NCBI GenBank assembly: GCA_963797555.1
Contig: CAWCPV010000004.1
Span: 352,001-416,000 of the forward strand
DNA: 64,000 nt
Reading direction: 5' to 3'
From: an uncultured Gammaproteobacteria bacterium
Lineage (GTDB): Bacteria > Pseudomonadota > Gammaproteobacteria > CAWCPV01
Numbering within the stretch: the first letter of the stretch is position 1; the number at the start of each line of letters is the position of its first letter. The position numbers were made by a program, and so were the translations under genes. Below are positions 11,837 to 20,221 of the stretch, piece after piece. Under the pieces are notes generated by a model, which saw only the letters and a program-made list of their open reading frames with translations, ran no database searches and was not told the origin of the DNA.

Positions 11837-12313
11837 ATGCTTCGTCGACGATGTGCTTCTCTCGCCGTTGTGCTGGTACTACAGCTTCAACAGGCATGGG
11901 CCGACACCTCCGCCGAGCCGGTAGGCGTTATCAAGGTGGCGACGGGCGCGGTGTCCATCGAGCGCGAGGGCAAGACACTGCCCGCCACGGTCGGGACGCG
12001 GGTCCGGCAGTCGGACCGCATCGTCACGGGCAAGGACGGATCGGTCGGCATCGCCTTCCACGACGACAGTCTGCTTTCGTCCGGCCCCAATACCGTGCTC
12101 GCGATCGATCGCTTCGCCTTCGACAGTACCACCAACGAAGGCAACTTCGATGCTTCGCTCAAGCGCGGCACTCTGTCGGTGGTCTCCGGCAAGATCGCCA
12201 AGCAGTCGCCCGGTGCGATGAAAGTGCGCATGCCAGCGGCGGTGCTGGCAGTGCGTGGGACGGAGTTCGCGCTCAAGGCCGTTCCCGCCTGCGGCGGAGT
12301 GGGAAATGAATAG
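11837..12313 (+). CDS. FecR-domain exported protein
   Basis: AAGGAG RBS; signal peptide; 'DRIVTGKDGSVGIAFHDDS', 'AVLAVRGTEF'. Confidence 0.8.
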   Translation: MLRRRCASLAVVLVLQLQQAWADTSAEPVGVIKVATGAVSIEREGKTLPATVGTRVRQSDRIVTGKDGSVGIAFHDDSLLSSGPNTVLAIDRFAFDSTTNEGNFDASLKRGTLSVVSGKIAKQSPGAMKVRMPAAVLAVRGTEFALKAVPACGGVGNE

Positions 12314-12893
12314 GCCGCTCGCTCTGCTGTTCTGTGCGCTGCTCTGCGCGGGTTGTGCCCCACGCGACATGGTCGTGCTCCTTCCGAGCAAAGACGGGCA
12401 TGCCAGCCAACTGGTCGTCACCCAGGACGGACGGGACACCGTGCTCGACACCCCCTATGCGTCGGTCCGTACCGACGCGCTGGGAGAGGTGGCCAAGACG
12501 AAGTCCAGCCCGCGCCAGGTACAGCGGGTGTTCGGCGCGTCGTTAGCGGCTCAGCCCATGCGCCCAGTCTCTTTCCTGCTCTATTTCGTGTCCGGTACGG
12601 ACGAGCTGACGCCGGAGTCACAGCGTGAGGTGGAGCGCATTTTCGCCGAGATCGCGCGTCGCCCCGCGCCCGAGATCACGGTCATCGGCCATACGGATCG
12701 GGTCGGCTCGGTGCGCGATAACGATCTCCTGTCCCGGCACCGAGCCGAGAAGGTGCGCAACGACCTGATCACGCGCGGTTTTCCGCCCGAGGGAATCTAT
12801 GCGGCCGGGCGCGGCGAGCGGGAGCCCTTGGTGCCTACGGCCGACGAAGTGAAGGAGCCGCGCAACCGGCGGGTGGAAATCAGCGTGCGCTGA
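12306..12893 (+). CDS. OmpA-family lipoprotein
   Basis: Lipobox LCAGC; 'VIGHTDRVG', 'NDLLSRHRA', 'RNRRVEI'. Confidence 0.9.
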   Translation: MNRPLALLFCALLCAGCAPRDMVVLLPSKDGHASQLVVTQDGRDTVLDTPYASVRTDALGEVAKTKSSPRQVQRVFGASLAAQPMRPVSFLLYFVSGTDELTPESQREVERIFAEIARRPAPEITVIGHTDRVGSVRDNDLLSRHRAEKVRNDLITRGFPPEGIYAAGRGEREPLVPTADEVKEPRNRRVEISVR

Positions 12894-14997
12894 CCGCCGG
12901 GGCGGTCCGCCTTACGGCGAGCAGGGTGAAGTCGTCACTCGCCTCCGCGCCGCCCACGAATCCCTTGACTGCGTCGCGCACCGCCTCGACGAGTCGTGCG
13001 GCGCGGTTGCTTCCAGCCCCCGAAAGCGCCGCCTCCAGCCTGTCGCGGCCGAACAGGGCGCCTGTATCGTCCATCGCCTCGGTGATCCCGTCGGTGAAGA
13101 AGACGAGCGCTTCATCGGGAGCGAGACCGACGCGCTCGGTCGGATACGGGTAATCCTCCAGCGCGCAGAGCGGCGGGCCGCCTTCGGCCCGGAGCCGCTC
13201 GACGGATCCTTGTGCGTCTATGCGATACGGAGGTTCGTGACCGGCCACCAGCAAGTCGATTTGCCATGTGCGGAGGTCGAAGACCGCAAAGATGGCGGTC
13301 ACGAACAGCAGTTCCGGGTTGTCGCGACAGATCTCGGCGTTCGCCTGGGCCCCGAGCGCCCCGATGTCGCCGTCGCCTCTGAGCGCGGCGCTCTTCACCA
13401 GCGCCTTGGCGACCGCCATGAATAAGCTCGCCGGCAGGCCCTTCCCCGCCACGTCGCCGATCAGGAGGAACAGGCGGTCGTCGTCCAGCAGGAAGAAGTC
13501 GTACAGGTCGCCGCCCACCTCTCGTGCAGGACGCATCGCGACCGCGATCTCGAAGCGTGTCTCACCCGGAAAGACTTCTTCCGGGAGCGGCAACATGCCG
13601 GTCTGGATGCGCCGCGCCGCATCCATCTCGCCGGCGATGCGCGCCGCCGCCACCCGTTGGGCCGCCAGCTCACGCTTGAGCGCCTGGCGCTGCCGTTGCG
13701 CCTCGAAGAAGGTGCCCAGGAATAGGTAGCCGGAAACCAGTGCCACGCCGGCGACAGGGCTCGCCGCGTCGAACAACAGCCCCTCGCTCCGATAGAGAAA
13801 GGCCCCGGCGCCCGCCAGTGTGGCGATGCTGCCCGCGGCCAAGGGCAGGGCGACCGCGGGACCCAAACGGGCGAAGGCTGCCACCACTAGGAGGCCGATG
13901 GCTGCGAGGGCCGCCGCCTCCGCCACGGCACTCCAGCGCACGCGCAGCAGTGTGGTGCCGTCGAATATCGACTCCAGGACCTGGGCGTGGATTTCCGCTC
14001 CCGGCATACGCTCTCCCGACGGCGTCGCCTGATTATCGACGAGGCCGAGGCCAGTGACCGCGATGATAGCCAGCTTGCGCTCAAAGGTTTCCCCGGCCAC
14101 GTTTCCCTGCAGGACTTCGGCGGCGGACACGAAGCGGCCAGGGTCATGGTGTCCATAGTGTACGTACAGGGTGCCGTCGGCCTGGGTCGGAATCAACAAG
14201 TCTCCCACCCCGACACCCTCCACGCGCTTGGCTTCGGCCTTGACGAGGAAAGCGGGCTCGCCGGCGGCGACCCGCAGCATCTCTATGGCGAGCGCGGGAA
14301 CGACGGTGTCCCGCACCGATCCGGCAAGGGGCACCCGGCGCAGCACGCCTGCCTCCGGATCGGCGCTCACGAGCCCGTGCCCGGATGCCGCGCGGTTGAT
14401 CGGGACGACGTTCGTGAGGGCAGCGGAGAAGCGCCTCAGGAGGAGGCGCGGATCTCCGCCTCGCATGATCACCGGTGCAGAGATGAGCGGGCTGGGCCTG
14501 TCCTTGGGGGTTTCATCGACGCCCGCGAGGCCGACCACCGACCCCACTCGGCGCAGGGCCGCCGCCAGCACGTCGTCGTTGCTGGGAAGGCGGCACACAC
14601 GCGCCTTCAGTGCGGCGTCGGCGCCCGGCAAATAGGAGATCAGGTCGCAGGGGGAGGTGCGGTCCGGCTCCGGCATCAGCATGTCCAGGCCCAAGGCCGC
14701 GGGGCGGCCGTCCGCGATGTGGTCCACGACCTGCGCCAGAAGGCTGCGCGGCCAGGGCCACTGGCCGAAACGGGCGAGACTGGCGTCGTCGATCGCCACG
14801 ATCACCACCGGCGCCGAGATCCGTTGCCTGGGGAAGAGCCACTGGTAAGTGTCGAACAGCTTCGCCTGGAGTCGGCTCGGCACCGCTTCGAGCACTACCA
14901 AAGCAGTCAGGGTGGCGAGCAGCAGGAGCGCCGAGTACAGGAGCGTCTTGCCGATGCCGCCAACCGCTGTTTCCGTCCCCGGTGCAGCGGCAGCCAT
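12880..14997 (-). CDS. CHASE2 sensor fused to PP2C/SpoIIE phosphatase
   Basis: 'AIDDASLARFGQWPWPR'; three TM helices; 'VGGDLYDFF', 'GDVAGKG', 'FTDGITEA', 'DDFTLL'. Confidence 0.9.
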   Translation of the reverse strand: MAAAAPGTETAVGGIGKTLLYSALLLLATLTALVVLEAVPSRLQAKLFDTYQWLFPRQRISAPVVIVAIDDASLARFGQWPWPRSLLAQVVDHIADGRPAALGLDMLMPEPDRTSPCDLISYLPGADAALKARVCRLPSNDDVLAAALRRVGSVVGLAGVDETPKDRPSPLISAPVIMRGGDPRLLLRRFSAALTNVVPINRAASGHGLVSADPEAGVLRRVPLAGSVRDTVVPALAIEMLRVAAGEPAFLVKAEAKRVEGVGVGDLLIPTQADGTLYVHYGHHDPGRFVSAAEVLQGNVAGETFERKLAIIAVTGLGLVDNQATPSGERMPGAEIHAQVLESIFDGTTLLRVRWSAVAEAAALAAIGLLVVAAFARLGPAVALPLAAGSIATLAGAGAFLYRSEGLLFDAASPVAGVALVSGYLFLGTFFEAQRQRQALKRELAAQRVAAARIAGEMDAARRIQTGMLPLPEEVFPGETRFEIAVAMRPAREVGGDLYDFFLLDDDRLFLLIGDVAGKGLPASLFMAVAKALVKSAALRGDGDIGALGAQANAEICRDNPELLFVTAIFAVFDLRTWQIDLLVAGHEPPYRIDAQGSVERLRAEGGPPLCALEDYPYPTERVGLAPDEALVFFTDGITEAMDDTGALFGRDRLEAALSGAGSNRAARLVEAVRDAVKGFVGGAEASDDFTLLAVRRTAPAVSAR

Positions 14998-15003
14998 GAG
15001 CCG

Positions 15004-15964
15004 TCAGAGCGCGACCTCTAGACCGTCGTAGGCGGCGATGACTTCCACCCGGTGGTCGCCGCGAGTGATCTCCTCGAAGCGGCGCGTTTCGGCGAGAACC
15101 CTCGCGAGCTGCTCGTCATCGGAGGCCGGCTCGTGGTGGAACAGACACAGAGTCTTGGCGTGCGCGAGCTGGCAAAGCTCCACGCCCACCACGTTGCTGG
15201 AATGTCCCCAGTCCTCCTTCACCGAGATGGCGTCTGCCAACGAGTACATGGCGTCGAAGATCACCAGATCGGCGTCGCGAAAGAAGTCGGCGAAAGCACG
15301 CGTCTCCTCCACGTCGTCCAGCTTGTGCTCGGAGTCCGTCGAGTAGACGAGGGTCTTGCCGCCCATCTCGACGCGGTAGCCGTAGGAGTCCATGGTATGA
15401 AGCTGCAGCTTGGGAGTTACGCGCAACCCGGCGATGTCGTGGGTCTTCCCCGGATCGAGATGGACGAATTCGATGGTGGCGCCGAGAGTGTCGAATTCGA
15501 CCGGAAAGCAGGGCGCCGACTGTTGGCGTCGGAATCCTTCCTCCAGGCAGAAATGGCACCCGTAGATACGGATCAGGTTGCCTGGAATGTAAGCGGGAAC
15601 GAAGAAGGGAAAGCCCATGATATGGTCCCAGTGGACGTGGGACATCAGCACGTGAAACACGTTCGGCTTGCCGAATCCGTGCTTGGCCAGCACCGAATTG
15701 CCGAAGGGGCGCACCCCACTGCCCAGGTCGCACAAGACGTACTCGCTGCCACCTGTCTCCAGCTCCACGCAGGAGGAATTGCCTCCGAAAGAATGACCCA
15801 CACTGAAGTCGAGATCGTGGTCCACGAAGGCCCGTGCCTTTTCCGGAGTATCGAGATTCCGACCTGCGGCCGCCACCAAGGCGGTCACGAGCTTGTCTTT
15901 CAGACCGGCTGCGGTGAGCGCGACCGGGAGGGGATCCGCGCGTGCCCCAGAACCTGACGATCAC
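15004..15964 (-). CDS. MBL-fold metallohydrolase (frameshift near 15930)
   Basis: 'VRFWGTRGS', 'GGNSSCVE', 'SHVHWDHIMG', 'WGHSS', 'FHHEP'. Confidence 0.85.
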
Positions 15965-15974
15965 GGGTTTCTCC

Positions 15975-16331
15975 TCACCGCGGCGTTGCTGCAAGGTGCA
16001 GGGTCGCCTCCTCGGCGGACGGGAAAACCTCGAACACCCGGTCGAATCGGCTGATCTCGAAGATCTCCTGGACCACCGGCTGTAATCCGGCGACCACTAT
16101 CCTCAGGCCTTGGGCTTTCATTTGCTTGGCCGCGAGCATGAGCACGCGCAGCCCGACGCTGCTCATGTAGTCCACTCCCGCAAGGTCGAGGACCAACGGG
16201 CAGCCATCCTTCTTGCAGTCGTCAAGGCTGGGAGCGAGGCCATTTTTCAGCACCTCCGCGTTGGGGTGGTCAATCCGCCCGCTGACCGAAACCACGAGGA
16301 TCCCGTCCGCGCGCCTGCTCGTCATCTCCAT
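15975..16331 (-). CDS. STAS-domain anti-sigma factor antagonist
   Basis: 'LDLAGVDYMSSVGLRVL'. Confidence 0.9.
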   Translation of the reverse strand: MEMTSRRADGILVVSVSGRIDHPNAEVLKNGLAPSLDDCKKDGCPLVLDLAGVDYMSSVGLRVLMLAAKQMKAQGLRIVVAGLQPVVQEIFEISRFDRVFEVFPSAEEATLHLAATPR

Positions 16332-16548
16332 CTGGCAACGACCTCCCGACTCGACCGGCTCAGACTAGCTAAAGTTTTGCGCCGCCACAACAGCGCGGAC
16401 ACCCGGCCCGCGCGGCCGCTGCTCAGCCGCGGGCTGCGGGCGCCGCCGAGGATTCTACACTCCGGCGCGTGCACCGGGGGCGGGCCGCGCGCCGCTCGCG
16501 GGCGGCGGAGGCCCCGATGCGGCGGCGTGTGCGACGGACCTGAGACGC

Positions 16549-16670
16549 TGTGAAAAAATATTTCCCCTCGCCCCCTTATGGGGGACAGGGTTAGGGTGAG
16601 GGGCTTTGAATTCAGCGAGTTACCACCCTCACCCTAGCCCTCTCCCTGAGGGAGAGGGGATTTTTTCACA
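16549..16670. repeat. Palindromic intergenic element (REP pair/MITE-like)
   Basis: TGTGAAAAAAT...ATTTTTTCACA ends enclosing AGGGTTAGGGTGAGGG/CCCTCACCCTAGCCCT. Confidence 0.7.
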
Positions 16671-16681
16671 ACCTCTGAGGG

Positions 16682-17068
16682 CTAGTTGTCCTTCGCCCCT
16701 TGGTCCACCCAGGCCCTGAGCGTCTGGATCTCCTCCTTGGTGAGAGGCTCCTTTCCGTGCGGCATCTGGATGGACGGGTCGGCGCGGCCTTCGACCAGCA
16801 TGATCAGGGCGCTGGTCAGGCTGTCTCCCGGCTTGATCACCGGGCCGAACCGGGTGCCTTTCATAAGATCCTGGTACGACGCCATGCTCAGTCCGCTCTT
16901 GACGTAGCCTGGGCCGCTGGGCGGCGTGTGGCACTCGATACAGTGCCGGTCAAGAATCGGGCGGGCCTCTTCCTTGAAGCTGACTTCCTTGGGCTGCTGA
17001 GAGCACGCGCTCAGCACCAGGGTCCCGGCCAGCAGGACTCCAGTCAGCAAGAGCTTTTGAGCGGTCAT
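16682..17068 (-). CDS. c-type cytochrome lipoprotein
   Basis: Lipobox LSAC; CIECH heme motif; 'MP.GKEPL..EEI..LR.WV.QGA'. Confidence 0.85.
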   Translation of the reverse strand: MTAQKLLLTGVLLAGTLVLSACSQQPKEVSFKEEARPILDRHCIECHTPPSGPGYVKSGLSMASYQDLMKGTRFGPVIKPGDSLTSALIMLVEGRADPSIQMPHGKEPLTKEEIQTLRAWVDQGAKDN

Positions 17069-17535
17069 TGGATTCTCCTCCTTGCGCGGCGATGCGCGGT
17101 TGGTTAGATGGGGCTGGTGGTCATCCTCGGGCGAGTTCGCAGCGCCGAGGCAGTGCTGCGACGCGAGCCACACGGCGTTGATGATGCCCCGGCCACTGCC
17201 CGGAGTCCACCGAGTATCCAAGGCGAAGTCGTACACTGCCGGCTCTGCTCTCGATGAACGCTGCGGGGAGAGGAGGGGGCGTCCTTCCGGCGGGAGTAAT
17301 GGACCTGCTCGATGGCGTGTGGGCCGCAACATGCCGGGCGAAGGTCGGATCACCGGCATCCGTCCGCGCGGCGGAGAACGTCGCTGCCGGTACGACCCCG
17401 AGGGCTTCCGGCGAGGCCCTGCGGTGCATGACCCCGGGATGCCTCGAGATGGGAAAGAGGGCAAGGATCATCCACGGCGCCGACCCGACGCCGGAGGGGG
17501 CGCGAGGCCGGCGGAAAGCTCGATGGCAAGCCCGG

Positions 17536-18921
17536 TCAGGCGGGCTTGATGTTGAAGTTCACCCGGAAGAGGTTGTCCGGGTCGTACTTCCGCTTCACCT
17601 CGGCGAGGCGGTCGTAATTCGGTCCGTAGGCGGAGCGCACCCGCTCCCCCTCATCCGCCGTCATGAAGTTCAGGTAGACGCCGGAGCTGGCGAAGGCAGC
17701 CGTCGCCCGGAAGTAGGCGCGGCACCACTGGATGCAGTGCTCGTCCTCCGCCGCGGTCTCCCATCGTCCGTGGACGTTCATGACGTACTCGGCGTCGCGG
17801 TGGGCGTACGCTGTGGCGTCGGAAGCCCGCCGCTTCGTGGCGCACCCGAGAGCCCCGAAGAAGATCTCGCAATGGGGCGACGGCAGCGTCTTGACGTATT
17901 GGATGACGACGTCAATCAGGCCGTCGTCGATCTTCGTGAAGTTGTGGGACTTCCAGTAGTTCCGGGCCCCGGCCGTGAGGAGGGGATCGAATGCCTGCTG
18001 CCAGGCCGTGTACGGCTGCACGCCCACGAGCTCCCCGACGGGCTTCCCCAGCTTCCGGAGCGGCGCGACGAGATCCATACCCTTCTCGGGGTCCCCCGCG
18101 TAGAGGAGCGCGAGGACGACGACCTCCTTGCCGTGGACCTCCGCCGGGAGGAATGGGAGCGGCGGGGCCTTGCGGAGCACCGCCCACACGGAGAGTTCCT
18201 CGGGCGCCCCGGAGACGAACTCCCGGTACTGCTGCATCACCGATTTCGCCTCGGCGAGCGGGTAGACGACGAGGCCGCTCAGCAGGTCCGGTCCCACGGG
18301 ATGGAGGCGGAACTCGAAGCGGGTGACGATGCCGAAGTTGCCGCTGCCGCCCCGAAGCGCCCAGAACAGATCCGGGTTCTCCCCGGTGCTGGCGCGCACC
18401 ACCTCTCCCTTCGCCGTGACCACCTCGGCCGACTCGAGATTGTCGATGGTCATGCCGTACTTGCGGCTCAGCCAGCCGAAGCCGCCGCCCAGCGTGAGGC
18501 CGGCAATCCCCGTGGTGGAGTTGATGCCCACGGGGGTGGCGAGGCCGTGCGCCTGCGTGGCGGCGTCGAGGTCCGCGAGCGTGGCGCCCCCCTCGACGGT
18601 CGTCCGCTTCGCGCCGGGATCGACCTTCACGGCCTTCATTTGGGACAGATCAATCACGATCCCGTCGTCACAGAGGGAGTTGCCGGCGATGTGGTGTCCC
18701 GCGCCCCGGACGGCGAGCGGGATCCCGTTATCCCGGGCGAACCCCAGCGCCTTGACGACGTCCTGCGTGCCGGCGCAGCGGGCGATGATCGCGGGGCGCT
18801 TGTCGATCATCGCATTCCAGATCTTGCGGGCCTCGTCGTATCCTTCGTCGCTCGGAAGGAAGACCTTGCCGCCGAATCCCTTCTTCAGTCCATCGATCTT
18901 CGTGGCATCGGCTCTTACCAT
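17536..18921 (-). CDS. FAD-binding oxidoreductase (BBE/VAO family)
   Basis: 'VRGAGHH', 'GLTLGGGFG', 'ALRGGSGNFGIVT', 'KRKYDPDNLF'. Confidence 0.9.
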   Translation of the reverse strand: MVRADATKIDGLKKGFGGKVFLPSDEGYDEARKIWNAMIDKRPAIIARCAGTQDVVKALGFARDNGIPLAVRGAGHHIAGNSLCDDGIVIDLSQMKAVKVDPGAKRTTVEGGATLADLDAATQAHGLATPVGINSTTGIAGLTLGGGFGWLSRKYGMTIDNLESAEVVTAKGEVVRASTGENPDLFWALRGGSGNFGIVTRFEFRLHPVGPDLLSGLVVYPLAEAKSVMQQYREFVSGAPEELSVWAVLRKAPPLPFLPAEVHGKEVVVLALLYAGDPEKGMDLVAPLRKLGKPVGELVGVQPYTAWQQAFDPLLTAGARNYWKSHNFTKIDDGLIDVVIQYVKTLPSPHCEIFFGALGCATKRRASDATAYAHRDAEYVMNVHGRWETAAEDEHCIQWCRAYFRATAAFASSGVYLNFMTADEGERVRSAYGPNYDRLAEVKRKYDPDNLFRVNFNIKPA

Positions 18922-19201
18922 GGCTTCCTCCCGCGCGGGTATGGCCGAACGCCCCTGAGGGCGGGGGGCCGTAAAGAGATTAAAGGTTCACGAAGCCGGT
19001 TCCGCGGCTTCACCGGGATGGCCGCCGTGAGTAGCCTTCCAGCACGCCACGGCCCTCGTGAAGAGGCAATCGTGCTGCGCTGAGCCTCCGGATGCCCGGA
19101 CAGTCTAGCTGGGACGGCCTCGCGGTGCATCCCCCGGCGGTGCGAACGATTCGAGCAAGAGTTGGTTTTCCCTTGGCCGGCCCCCGCCCCGACGTTCGAG
19201 G

Positions 19202-19316
19202 CTGGGACAAACCGCCCAGGCGCGCGGTCAGCGGCTATGCCGAGTTTGTGCGCTCAGCGATCCCCGAGGGGGAGGGGACGCTGATACGCGACGTGCTGCA
19301 GCGCGGACAATTGACG
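19202..19316 (+). pseudogene. Remnant of a Y1/RAYT-type transposase C-terminus
   Basis: Frameshifted 'LGQTAQARGQR/YAEFVRSAIPEGEGTLIRDVLQRGQLT'; adjacent GTAG REPs. Confidence 0.5.
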
Positions 19317-19380
19317 GCCGACCCCGGGATCCGGGGGGCGGCTCTGACGTTGGAGCATACGGAACGCAGATGCGGAGCCC

Positions 19381-19457
19381 GTAGGTTGGGCTGACGGCAG
19401 GAAGCCTACCGTCACGGGGCTTTATTGTTGGGGTTCGCTCGGCTCACTCCAACCTGC
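19381..19457. repeat. Degenerate GTAG-type REP doublet
   Basis: GTAGGTTGG...CCAACCTGC inverted ends. Confidence 0.55.
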
Positions 19458-19495
19458 GGCCCTCGCTTCCGCATGACCGAGATGCACAACCTGCG

Positions 19496-19625
19496 TCAGA
19501 GTCGTCCAAGAGCGGTCAGCACCAGCCGGGCAATCCGCTGCGGATCGGTGCAGTACATGAGTTCCCGGTTCTCCGCCTCGTCGAGGCCGTTGTTGAGCGC
19601 CTTGTCGAGGCCCGCGCCGGCGCTG
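19496..19625 (-). pseudogene. C-terminal remnant of a SLOG-domain gene
   Basis: 'LDKALNNGLDEAENRELMYCTDPQRIARLVLTAL' aligns with 'LSAALSTGLDEPETRELLATRDMRRAVQLVRKGL' of 28025-29050. Confidence 0.6.
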
Positions 19626-19905
19626 GCGGTCGGATTCGCGCCCACCGCAACGCGGGCAGCATCGGGCAAGCTTTTCCTGTGTCCGTCGGGCCGGCGCCAT
19701 ATAACAGCTCGCGCGGCGGGTCTTTGAGGTGATGATAGGTCAGCATGGCAAAACGTCTTCACGCCGAGCACCGTGTGAAACACCTTCGAGGGCGCGCGAG
19801 CGGCCAGCAACCGTCTCTCGCGCAGATTGCCCGAATAGCCTTAGCGTGAAAATGCGCCGAAGACAGCCCAAAAATCCCGCTCGCTTGCAAGTGTCGTCAA
19901 GACGG

Positions 19906-19980
19906 GTAGGTCGGGTTAGGCCCCAAGGCCGTAACCCGACGTCTGGAGATGTCGGGTTACGCTACGCTAACCCGACCTAC
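19906..19980. repeat. GTAG-type REP doublet (REPIN)
   Basis: Perfect 14-bp IR GTAGGTCGGGTTAG/CTAACCCGACCTAC with internal palindromes. Confidence 0.8.
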
Positions 19981-20221
19981 ATGGCTCCCCTGGGGAGAAC
20001 CGATCTCTCCCGTTTGCGGGAGGGAACCGGTCATGGGGCCACGTTTTCATGTTCCGGGGCGGCGAAAGTCGCCATGACCGGTTAGGTTCGGTTGGCGTGA
20101 CCGACATCGCTGAAGCAAGTCTACGATAACGCCGGTCAAACTCGCCGAAATTTTGAGATGTGCGGGGGCATCCAGGGGCGTTGAACAGCCCTGCCCGTAA
20201 ACGCCGCTTGGGGGGAGGACC

